Origin: a virus
Lineage: Duplodnaviria > Caudoviricetes
Length of the DNA: 32,226 bases
Direction: 5' to 3' (one strand)
Virus record (IMG/VR): IMGVR_UViG_3300037424_000608
Span: 1 to 32,226 of that record
Program-made: the position numbers and the translations under genes
The notes under the pieces: generated by a model
Databases searched by the model: none
What the model was told of the DNA's origin: nothing
What the model saw: only the letters and a program-made list of their open reading frames with translations
Shown: piece by piece, positions 23,960 through 32,226 of the stretch
Layout of the letters: each line of letters opens with the position of its first letter
Numbering within the stretch: position 1 is the first letter of the stretch

Positions 23960-26219
23960 TTTTGGCGGCGGCGACCGGAACATAGACATCCTTCTGAATT
24001 TCCTTGCAAATACGGAAGATTTTGACGGGGATATAAAATCTGCTGAAAAGAAGTTGGATGAATTCGAGAAGAAATTAAAGACGACCGGTGATAAAGGCTC
24101 GGATAGTTTCGAGACTGTTTCAGGCGCTATCAAGCAAGCGCGGGAAGAGCTAAAGAATCTCCCCAAAGATACCGACAAAGCAATCTCGAAGATCAAAGAA
24201 ATCCGGGCAGAATTCGCCGCGCTTTCAGGTGCCGCCGCCCGCGCGGTCAATATCTCGCAGCAGGTTTTTGCGGTTGGGGCGGGTATCACAGGTGGGATTT
24301 TCGCGGCGGCAAACGCCTACGTAAAGAACGCGGAAGAAGCGACAAATGTAACACGTGCCTGGGTTGCTGAAACTGAAGCGCTCAAACGTTCTGGTGCACG
24401 TGTGGGGGCGGTATTTGCTGCGGAGGCGCTACCGACGCTTACGAAGGCGGCGCAACTTGCGGAGAAGGCGGCAAGGTTTATAGAGCGCAACCCTGAGATT
24501 GTACGCGCCGCACTTAATGCCGGGCTTGTTGTGGCATCGCTCGGCGCGGTAGGGGTTGCCGTAGCACGTGGGATCAAACTAGTTGCAGATATTGGATACA
24601 TAGCGGCAACTGCTAACCAATTGCTCGCTGCTAAACTCATGGACGGCGCAGCTAATAAGCAATTGGCCGCTGGAGGGATGGCGGGAAAAGGCTCTTTATT
24701 TTCTAAAGCCGGTCTTGGTAGTGCGGCCAGCAGCGCTGGCCCTGCTGGTTTATTCGTTGCTGGCATTGCCGCAATGTCCGCAATCAGTATAGTAACATCT
24801 AATAACTTAGATAAACTTTATGAAAGCCTGAATAGACTTGGAGCGGGCGGGGGAGTGATTAGTTTATTTATTGGAATGTTGGAACGGGCCGGGACTTTAG
24901 GGCAAATGTTGCCCGCTATCCGTCAATTCAAGGATGGAATGGAAGATTTACGACCGGTCCTTGAACGGTTGGGGGTTATTGCAAAATCTGCGGGTGCTGG
25001 CGCAAAGAAAGGTGTTTCAGGCACTACCAACTTTGGCGGGGGCATTAGCGCCGATGTGGTCAGTGCTTACACCCAGTTTCGTGAAGCAATGGCAGACGCG
25101 GAAAAGAACTTTCAGGAAACGCGTCTTGATATTATCAATGATGCCAATAAAAGCGTAGTGCAGGCGTACCGGAGCCACACTGCTACCATAAAAGACATCA
25201 TGAAGGATTACGATAAGTCGGTAGCAGACATCGTAAAGGATTTCAGCGAGAGCAATGCGCAGGCGGAGCGAGACTACCAGGAACAGCGCGCGCAGGTCAT
25301 CAGGGACGCGGGTATCGAGATTCAGCGCATCGAAGAAGATTTACAAGAGCGGTTGCGCCAGATGGCACAGGATCACGGGCAGCGCGTAGAGGACCTGGCG
25401 CTCAACCGTGACGCGCTAGGGCTCATCCAGGAACAGCGCCGCTATGAACAGGAACGGACAGAAGCCGAACGGCAAGCCAATATCGAGATTGGCAGGCGGC
25501 GCGCGGATTTGGCTTTGCGCCTGAATGATATGGCGGTAGAGTTCCAGCAGGAACGCGCTGAGAGACGCGCCGAATTCGAAGAGCGCTTACAGGAGGCCGC
25601 CGAACAACGAGACGAACGCTTGAAAGAAGAACAGGAACAGTATCAAGCAGAATTACAACAAATACGGCAGAACAAAGCGGAGCGACTGCGAGAACTATCG
25701 CAGCAATACCGGGAAGAACAATTACGTTTGCGGGAAGCATTTATAGACAAGATCCGCGATTTGGACGCGTCCCTGTTGGGTGAAGCTAATTTGAAGCGGC
25801 AATACTATGCCACGATGCTTAGGGATGCGCAGGCATTCTTTGAAGCATATCGTTCCGCCTTGCCCGGCGGGAGCAGTAGTATCAGTGGCGCAACGGGCGG
25901 GGCGACGATTAGTAGCACGACCATTACTGGCAGTTCTGGCCGTACCCCATCCAGGCAAATGGGCGGGTATGCGGCGGGTGGGATGAACATCTTGCATCCG
26001 GGCGAATTTGTGCTTTCCCCGCGCGCTACCAAAGCCGCCGAAGATGCCATAGGCGGGCGCCTGACACAACAGAGCTTGCTTATGGCGCTTGCAGGCGGGG
26101 GCAGCAGTCGCAACATGACCCTGAACGATTACCGCCGCTTCTCGGGTGAATTTACCCCATCCATGCGGCGGACGGTGAGACAGGACACAATCGAAGTGCT
26201 ATCGGAGTTTACGGAGTAG
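23949..26219 (+). CDS. Tape measure protein
   Basis: 756 aa with Ala/Gly-rich hydrophobic segments, a long E/R/Q coiled coil and C-terminal RQMGG...LHPGEFVL. AAGGAG RBS. Confidence 0.9.
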   Translation: MPTNFGGGDRNIDILLNFLANTEDFDGDIKSAEKKLDEFEKKLKTTGDKGSDSFETVSGAIKQAREELKNLPKDTDKAISKIKEIRAEFAALSGAAARAVNISQQVFAVGAGITGGIFAAANAYVKNAEEATNVTRAWVAETEALKRSGARVGAVFAAEALPTLTKAAQLAEKAARFIERNPEIVRAALNAGLVVASLGAVGVAVARGIKLVADIGYIAATANQLLAAKLMDGAANKQLAAGGMAGKGSLFSKAGLGSAASSAGPAGLFVAGIAAMSAISIVTSNNLDKLYESLNRLGAGGGVISLFIGMLERAGTLGQMLPAIRQFKDGMEDLRPVLERLGVIAKSAGAGAKKGVSGTTNFGGGISADVVSAYTQFREAMADAEKNFQETRLDIINDANKSVVQAYRSHTATIKDIMKDYDKSVADIVKDFSESNAQAERDYQEQRAQVIRDAGIEIQRIEEDLQERLRQMAQDHGQRVEDLALNRDALGLIQEQRRYEQERTEAERQANIEIGRRRADLALRLNDMAVEFQQERAERRAEFEERLQEAAEQRDERLKEEQEQYQAELQQIRQNKAERLRELSQQYREEQLRLREAFIDKIRDLDASLLGEANLKRQYYATMLRDAQAFFEAYRSALPGGSSSISGATGGATISSTTITGSSGRTPSRQMGGYAAGGMNILHPGEFVLSPRATKAAEDAIGGRLTQQSLLMALAGGGSSRNMTLNDYRRFSGEFTPSMRRTVRQDTIEVLSEFTE

Positions 26220-26224
26220 GCAGT

Positions 26225-26656
26225 ATGTACACTGAAGGTGATTTCAAAATAGCGACATTTGCAACCGGGCCGCTCCCCAGCTCGTGGAGTCTGCTACAAG
26301 ATGTGATCGGCGTGGCTGATATTGTCGCTGACCCGGATTGGAGTTATTCGCCCTACTCGGAAGTCGTAAGGCTTGGCAGCGGCGCGGAATTCGGGCGCGG
26401 CTTTGCGGTTGTGGAATGGCACTGGAACGGGTTTAGAAATGTACAGCGGGAAAACTTGCGTGTTTATTGCGCCGCTCCAGACATTTCCGCACAGGTGTAT
26501 ATTTGCACCCCTACGAACGAGACGCTATCAGGCGTAACGTATTGGATTTACGCGCTGGCTGAGATGCATTGGCCTTCGGGCAACGAAGATAAAGCGGGCG
26601 CGCTCACACGAGACTTTGGGGTACGGTTCACCATTCTCGAGGAGATTACCCCATAA
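26225..26656 (+). CDS. Distal tail (Dit-like) protein
   Basis: 143-aa ORF directly after the tape measure gene, ending FTILEE. Assignment is positional. Confidence 0.55.
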   Translation: MYTEGDFKIATFATGPLPSSWSLLQDVIGVADIVADPDWSYSPYSEVVRLGSGAEFGRGFAVVEWHWNGFRNVQRENLRVYCAAPDISAQVYICTPTNETLSGVTYWIYALAEMHWPSGNEDKAGALTRDFGVRFTILEEITP

Positions 26657-29638
26657 ATGGCGCGCGCTTACACTGCCGGGGAATTGACACAACTACGCAC
26701 CGATGGAATAGCGACGCGGGTAAAGATTGCTATCCCCGCGTATCACACGATCTATACCGCAGTCCTAGACGCGGTCCCATCCACGAATGACCAGGTAGGT
26801 GAGATTACATTCACGAGCGGCTCGGGGACGCTCGCTGCTGTACTGCCGGATATGACCCTGTATGTAGGCACCTCGGCGGGCGCGTTTGACTTGGGGATGT
26901 GTCGCATCCGTAAGGCGGCGATTGTTGGGACATTCTACGTTGGGGAAGTCTCGGAAGTTGACTTCAACGCGGGTGGCACAATTTACCTGACCATTGTAGA
27001 TGATTACGGGCTATGGGCAAAAGCGGTACGCCTGGTTTCTGGCGTTGCCAAGATGGATTATGACGTAGCATACTCAGACCAGCACGCTAGTTTCGACCCT
27101 GTACCGGTCCTGGGGAGCCACAGGGTTGGAAAGTTGGTCAATGGCACGGTTACGGTCCAACTAGGTCCGTCACTGGACACCACCTCCTGGGTGGAAGGAA
27201 GCTCGATAAGCACTTATCTATGGGCCATTGCGGGCGCTTCTTCGATTTCGAGTACCAGTGCCGCGCGGCCTACGGCAACATTTACGAGTGCGGGGACATA
27301 TCTCGCATACTGCACAGTCACGGCGGCAAACGGGAAAACATTCAAGGGGGTGCGCTATATCATTATCTATGATGATAACAACCCACTCAAAAACGGGGTG
27401 ATGCGTAGTGTGATTTATGACACAGACGGCGGCGGGGTGTCATTCAACGTTGAAATGTACGATGATACTGAGACATCCCAAATCCGTAAGCGCGCATTGG
27501 TGCTAGTTGTCACCGAAGATACCCTATCCGCCGTATCCGTCCGGCTCCCCTGCCCTATCAGTGGGGCGGAGAAAGTTTTTGCGGTCGGCTGGATTGGGCA
27601 GGAGAATATCAACTATCACAAGGCTACCGGACAGGTTGAGTTTACCGTTCATAATGCCGCATACTGGCTAAAGAACATGGAAGGTTATCTGTCTGGGGTG
27701 GAATTCAAAACCGGGACTGCTACCGATTGGACGAATTGCCCACTCTTGACCGTTGGCCGGATGTTGTTCCATTTCATGCACTGGCGCACCACTGCGACCC
27801 GCGTGATGGACGTGATTGTGACAACTGATACGCGTTACGGGACGGGCTTCAAGACGATTACGGGGACGCTTTGGGAGCAGATCAACCAGATTGCAAATCA
27901 AACCATTTGGGCGCGCCCTGGTGTAGACCGATTCAACCGGTTATTTATCAACATCGAGCCGCAAATGGTAGCCTTTGCCAGTCGCAGCGGGTTCCCCGAA
28001 ATCGTGACCCTAACGAGCGCGGATTGGGTTGGGGAAGTGCGCGGCGGGGATACTCATGATGCACTGTCCATGCTTTATTGGTCTGGTATCTACGTAGATA
28101 CCAGCAAGGCGGCAAGCGCCTATGTAAGCCTATCGCCGGGACATATCCAAAAACGATACGGGCGGACGGAGCCGCAATCTAACTACCTTGTAACCGGGCA
28201 AGCAGGCAGTAACCAGATGTGCGGCTTGTATTTTGGATGGGTAAATGATAGGCGCGAATTCGAAATAACGCTTGCCAGTGCGCATCGCATGATCGATATT
28301 TGGCCGCGTCAATACGTCAATCTGACCATCACCGCCACGGAAGACCCGCGCGGGATTGGATATTCCGGGCGGGCAATCCCGCGCAGGATCGAGTATACCC
28401 ACGACCCGCGCACAGGCTTCATTTCTACTCGGGTTTATTTCGAGACCGAGACATTCGAAGGGCTGGCAATCAACGGGGATATTCCTGATAGTGTCGATGA
28501 AGGGGTTATCCCGCCGTTCCCACCACTGCCGGAACTACCCGACTTGCCGCCGCCTATCATTATCGTTCCTGGCGATCCAGGTGACGAAAGTGTAGGACCA
28601 TCAAAGATTGTTATAGGAAGTACCAACTTTGGGTTATTGTACACAATCAATTTCAATACAACTGAACTTGATGATCTTGGAAAGCCAAAAGTAGAGTGGC
28701 ATTTCATGAATTCCGGCTTCCCAACAGATTATCAAAACAGGATTACCAGAATAAAACGGTGCCCGGGCGGGTTGCTCGTTGCCGGAGTGAACTATGATAA
28801 CAACGCATTCAACGCCACAAGTCACCTATTTGTTGCGGCAAGTCTTGGAAGCGAGTGGTCGCAGCTTTGGGCGCTTACCGATGTTTTGCTCCCAACGCCG
28901 GGAACTCGCGCGATAACTTTTGGGGTCAATCAAAATGCCAGCGAACAAATCGTTCTGGTCGGCGGTGCCGCCGGAAATATGGGATTTGCTCTTGGTGACA
29001 GGAACGGCTTGACACTTGCTTCCAGTGGGCTAGACGGGGCCGCATCTTTTGGAGACATCGAATACATTGCGGGAAAATGGTATCTGGATCACACCGAAGA
29101 CAATGTAGCCCTCGACCAGGCTTGGTCTAGATTCAGCAGCGCTGGTGCAATCGAGAAAAATACCGATAATTATAATTCTGGACAAACATTCGCAAGCTCC
29201 CCACATAGGATGAAACGTGGCGGTGATAATCTCTACATCTGGAACAATGACACACAATACTTAAGAAGGGTGAATACTAATCCCCCGGATGGAGATACGT
29301 CCACTTCGACTATGCCGGGTATCGGTGCGCTGGGCTACAATCCTTATAATTTTCTTTGCGCGAGTCCTACCGGTCAAAATCTGTTAGGCGGAATCAATAC
29401 GATCATAGCGCAGAAATCGACAGACTATGGTACTACCTGGGGGGGGGTAGATGTCTCGTTGGGTATTGGCTATAGTGTCTTCGAAAATTGTGGAAGTGAG
29501 TCCGCATTCATCGCTGCTACAGTGCAAAGCATGAAGTACACGCCAGATCACGGCACGACCTGGATAGACAAATCTGGTAATCTCCCTTCTGTTGCGCCGC
29601 TATGTGCAATCCGGCACGTTTTACACGTGGGTTGGTAA
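26657..29638 (+). CDS. Tail tip/hub protein with PKD-like domain, Pro-rich linker and C-terminal Asp-box propeller
   Basis: SSISTYLW...PTATFTSAGTYLAYCTVTAANG (PKD-like), PPFPPLPELPDLPPP linker, STDYGTTW and TPDHGTTW Asp boxes. GGAG RBS. Confidence 0.7.
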   Translation: MARAYTAGELTQLRTDGIATRVKIAIPAYHTIYTAVLDAVPSTNDQVGEITFTSGSGTLAAVLPDMTLYVGTSAGAFDLGMCRIRKAAIVGTFYVGEVSEVDFNAGGTIYLTIVDDYGLWAKAVRLVSGVAKMDYDVAYSDQHASFDPVPVLGSHRVGKLVNGTVTVQLGPSLDTTSWVEGSSISTYLWAIAGASSISSTSAARPTATFTSAGTYLAYCTVTAANGKTFKGVRYIIIYDDNNPLKNGVMRSVIYDTDGGGVSFNVEMYDDTETSQIRKRALVLVVTEDTLSAVSVRLPCPISGAEKVFAVGWIGQENINYHKATGQVEFTVHNAAYWLKNMEGYLSGVEFKTGTATDWTNCPLLTVGRMLFHFMHWRTTATRVMDVIVTTDTRYGTGFKTITGTLWEQINQIANQTIWARPGVDRFNRLFINIEPQMVAFASRSGFPEIVTLTSADWVGEVRGGDTHDALSMLYWSGIYVDTSKAASAYVSLSPGHIQKRYGRTEPQSNYLVTGQAGSNQMCGLYFGWVNDRREFEITLASAHRMIDIWPRQYVNLTITATEDPRGIGYSGRAIPRRIEYTHDPRTGFISTRVYFETETFEGLAINGDIPDSVDEGVIPPFPPLPELPDLPPPIIIVPGDPGDESVGPSKIVIGSTNFGLLYTINFNTTELDDLGKPKVEWHFMNSGFPTDYQNRITRIKRCPGGLLVAGVNYDNNAFNATSHLFVAASLGSEWSQLWALTDVLLPTPGTRAITFGVNQNASEQIVLVGGAAGNMGFALGDRNGLTLASSGLDGAASFGDIEYIAGKWYLDHTEDNVALDQAWSRFSSAGAIEKNTDNYNSGQTFASSPHRMKRGGDNLYIWNNDTQYLRRVNTNPPDGDTSTSTMPGIGALGYNPYNFLCASPTGQNLLGGINTIIAQKSTDYGTTWGGVDVSLGIGYSVFENCGSESAFIAATVQSMKYTPDHGTTWIDKSGNLPSVAPLCAIRHVLHVGW

Positions 29639-29639
29639 C

Positions 29640-31643
29640 ATGACTAAATCTATCCGGCAAGTCAAGCAAGATCAAGAGCGTAAAAGACGGGCATTGTTAC
29701 CTGAAACGTTTATTGCTATTATTGGCAACCGTGACGGTACGGTATTCGCGGGCGGGAATGATATTTATATTAGGGATTTGATTAGTGGGCAGACCGTCAC
29801 GGCCAAGAACTATACTGTCCCCCCTACTGCGGGCAGGTTGGTACTGGTAGAGCATAGATACGGGGATTTGTTCGTAGTCAGCTATTGGCGCATCTATGGC
29901 AACTCGGAAGAGCAATCTGAGACCGTTCCCCCGCATTCTCACGGCTATGCGGGCGGAAATGCGGATTTCATCGAAGCGGCGCGCTTTCTGCCTTTTTTGG
30001 TCTTACCTGTCTCTACGTTTACGGTGCGGTTGTATGGTGGGGTTATCCAGAAATCAGATGGGACATTCTTGAAAGTCGAGAATCAGGATATAGATTTATC
30101 TAGTTATCAGCCTGCGATTGGCGCGTGTTGGGTGTTGATAGAGATCGATGACGCGGGTACGGTAAACCCGATTGCAGGGAGTACGGTAAACGCGAAAGAA
30201 CTTTTGAACACTGGCAATATCCCGGTTGCCCTGGATACCCCCATCGCGGCGGTGCGTTTGTATGACGGGCAGGCGGCGGTACAACGCGATCCGTCCGGGG
30301 TCAACGACTTTGTAGACCTGCGTTTGTTTGCTGCCAGGTCGCTACTGGGGACGCTTCATAATCTATTGCCGGATCTACAAGGCGGCGGTGATTATATAAC
30401 CGGGGATGAATTCTACCATTTGAATTTATACCAATGGGAGACGCTCACGCATGGATTGAATGCGGATTTGTTACATTCTCACGCGGGCCTGGGCGATATT
30501 GCTGCTACCATCCATGCGGCGACTGAAAAGACGACCCCAATCGATGCCGATGAAGTTGGCATTTGGGATAGCATCTCGAACGCGCTCCGCCGTCTGACAT
30601 GGGCCAATATAAAGGCGACGCTAAAAGCATACTTCGATACGCTCTACGCCGCGATCGGGATTGATTACTCTGGTGTTTCTGCAAATGATGGAGATACCGA
30701 TGTAACTGGCGCGGAACTTGAAACCTTATCTGATGGCTCAAACGCCAACGCCTTGCACGTTCACTCCGAATACAAACTTGTCTCTTCCATTTCAGCCAAC
30801 GACCTGGTGTTGGCACTTAAAGATTTAGACGGCAACGATTTCAGTGCAACGTCTCAGCTCAAAACAAAACTGAGCGATGAACTGGCAACAATTTCAGGGG
30901 CACTGTCTATCACCGTTCCAGATGGAACTAACTGGGCAAATCTTGGAAGCAATGAATTGAAAACACAGGATGCTGACCTGTTTACTTATCTTGTTGACGA
31001 AACTGGCGCAAGCGCTGGAACAAAACTTGCTTGGTCTCGAATTCCGAATGGTCATTTTGTTGGCGATTTTTCATCCACAACCACCAATGAGAAGTATCTT
31101 GCCGGACCAACTAATTACAACGCAACCGATAAGGTACAAAATATTGGCCGCTTTAATGCGACACTTTCCGCCGGCGCAGGTTATACCTGGACTATCCCTG
31201 CCACAAGTATCATCATAAATAATCCAACTATTCACACAAGGTGGCTGACTTGGCTTCCAACTTTCGGCAACTTGACGGTCGGTGATGGTACTCTTGCCGC
31301 GAAATATTGGATTTCCGATGATGTTCTAAGCATTTGGTTCGCGTTCAAGTACGGTGCGTCTACAAGCGCCATAGCCGGGGCTGTTTCTATAAGTTTGCCG
31401 ATATCAATTGCCAACGCTGCTGTTGCTGCCTCTTTGGGAACTTGCAATTTATTAGACAGTGGGGTTGGAACGACCTACGCTTCAATTGATTCAAACGGTG
31501 CAAGCGCCAACAACGTGCGAGTGAGGGTTATCACAGCAAGCGGAACCTACGCTGCGCTTGCGCCTATTTCTGCAACTGTCCCATTTACCTGGGCCGTAAA
31601 TGATGAAATCAATTTCCAATTACCGTCATTGCCATTAGCATAA
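29640..31643 (+). CDS. Tail fibre / receptor-binding protein
   Basis: ATG 1 nt after the previous stop. DFVDLR, HNLLPDLQGG...FYHL, HxH repeats, KTTPIDAD...LTWANIKATLK and a beta-rich C-terminus. Confidence 0.72.
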   Translation: MTKSIRQVKQDQERKRRALLPETFIAIIGNRDGTVFAGGNDIYIRDLISGQTVTAKNYTVPPTAGRLVLVEHRYGDLFVVSYWRIYGNSEEQSETVPPHSHGYAGGNADFIEAARFLPFLVLPVSTFTVRLYGGVIQKSDGTFLKVENQDIDLSSYQPAIGACWVLIEIDDAGTVNPIAGSTVNAKELLNTGNIPVALDTPIAAVRLYDGQAAVQRDPSGVNDFVDLRLFAARSLLGTLHNLLPDLQGGGDYITGDEFYHLNLYQWETLTHGLNADLLHSHAGLGDIAATIHAATEKTTPIDADEVGIWDSISNALRRLTWANIKATLKAYFDTLYAAIGIDYSGVSANDGDTDVTGAELETLSDGSNANALHVHSEYKLVSSISANDLVLALKDLDGNDFSATSQLKTKLSDELATISGALSITVPDGTNWANLGSNELKTQDADLFTYLVDETGASAGTKLAWSRIPNGHFVGDFSSTTTNEKYLAGPTNYNATDKVQNIGRFNATLSAGAGYTWTIPATSIIINNPTIHTRWLTWLPTFGNLTVGDGTLAAKYWISDDVLSIWFAFKYGASTSAIAGAVSISLPISIANAAVAASLGTCNLLDSGVGTTYASIDSNGASANNVRVRVITASGTYAALAPISATVPFTWAVNDEINFQLPSLPLA

Positions 31644-32060
31644 GGATTACAATGGATAAAATAACATCGCCGCTCGACTTATTCCGGCAGGAGCTAGCAA
31701 AGTTGCCAACAAAAACACCAACCAAAGGAATGTGGACATCGCTGAATTTTGTCCTGACTGACGATTCTAAACAGCTAAGGGAGCTCCATGATGCTGTACA
31801 TGGCGATGGCAACGGAGAAAAGGGATTGTTGCGTCGTATGCAGATAGTAGAAAATGCCACGAAGGTAATCCAATCCGATGTACGCGAGACGTTGAATATG
31901 GTGCGCGGCCAGGGCGGATTTTTGCCAAAGACCACCAAAGAGAAACTATCGGGGGTTGGCGTAGATGTTCTGAAAGTTGCTGCTGCTGCGGTGCTAGTGT
32001 GGCTACTGACGGATATTTTCCCCAGAATTTTTACCATTCCTCCCCCATAAGGATTATAAT
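31639..32060 (+). repeat. 15-nt near-perfect direct repeat CATAAGGATTA(C/T)AAT flanking the 31652..32050 gene
   Basis: Copies at 31639-31653 and 32046-32060 are 14/15 identical. Confidence 0.55.
31652..32050 (+). CDS. Coiled-coil protein with C-terminal TM (holin/XhlA-like lysis-region membrane protein)
   Basis: TAAGGA RBS. VHGDGNGEKGLLRRM..VE motif and a C-terminal hydrophobic helix. Confidence 0.55.
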   Translation: MDKITSPLDLFRQELAKLPTKTPTKGMWTSLNFVLTDDSKQLRELHDAVHGDGNGEKGLLRRMQIVENATKVIQSDVRETLNMVRGQGGFLPKTTKEKLSGVGVDVLKVAAAAVLVWLLTDIFPRIFTIPPP

Positions 32061-32117
32061 AAAAGTACAAACGCGTTTAGCCCCGTCGTGTGCGGGGAGA
32101 AAAGAAAAGGAGTCTCC

Positions 32118-32226
32118 ATGATTAAGTTAGTTGTTGTTGTTGCTTTCGTTGAACTTTTGTTCGTGATCGCCCAGGCTTACCTTCCGGGTTTCCCAATCTC
32201 GAAGGAATTAATCAATACCATCGTAT
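32118..32226 (+). CDS. Probable holin (5' part, runs off window end)
   Basis: AAGGAG RBS. MIKLVVVVAFVELLFVIAQAYLPGFPISKELINTIV has a TM helix followed by a P-x-F-P-I-S turn. Position after the tail genes fits. Confidence 0.55.
   Translation, partial: MIKLVVVVAFVELLFVIAQAYLPGFPISKELINTIV

Larger units (their letters stand above)
1..32226 (+). mobile_element. Tailed phage/prophage late (packaging, head, tail, lysis) region, siphovirus-like
   Basis: Canonical order terminase-portal-scaffold-capsid-neck-tail tube-chaperone-tape measure-tail tip-fibre. All genes lie on the + strand with tight or overlapping start/stop junctions. No sheath gene was recognised. Confidence 0.96.

Noticed and set aside
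29640-31643. Diversity-generating retroelement target in the tail fibre
   Set aside because: No reverse transcriptase and no TR/VR repeat pair differing at adenines was seen in the window. One outside the window cannot be excluded.
4-32070. Numerous minus-strand and nested alternate-frame ORFs in the track (e.g. 9650..10216, 18463..18990, 19394..19975, 21175..21684)
   Set aside because: They are shadows of well-supported + strand genes, with no recognisable motifs or RBS context.
1-32226. Stop-codon reassignment, tRNA genes or CRISPR array
   Set aside because: TAA, TAG and TGA all end genes at tight junctions and core genes are full length in the standard code. No cloverleaf or regularly spaced repeats were seen by eye.

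Overview
The whole window is the co-oriented (+ strand) late region of a tailed dsDNA phage or prophage with siphovirus-like organisation. Gene order: HNH endonuclease, ParB-methyltransferase fusion, small and large terminase, an ~8 kb insertion, SPP1-type portal, minor head protein, scaffold, decoration protein, major capsid, neck and tail genes with a -1 frameshifted tail chaperone, tape measure, tail tip, tail fibre and the start of a probable lysis module. The notable accessory content is glycan-related and sits inside the head module. It comprises a tandemly duplicated two-gene cassette (GT-B-like plus Maf/DUF115 sialyltransferase-like), then a Ser/Thr-rich putative virion protein, lectin/Asp-box propeller proteins, and a separate GT87-like membrane glycosyltransferase. 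Also seen are a structured RNA leader with a terminator upstream of the scaffold/capsid operon, several small ORFs missed by the ORF track, and probable split genes. All family assignments come from motifs read by eye, with no database searches. No rRNA, tRNA, CRISPR array, integrase or reverse transcriptase was recognised.
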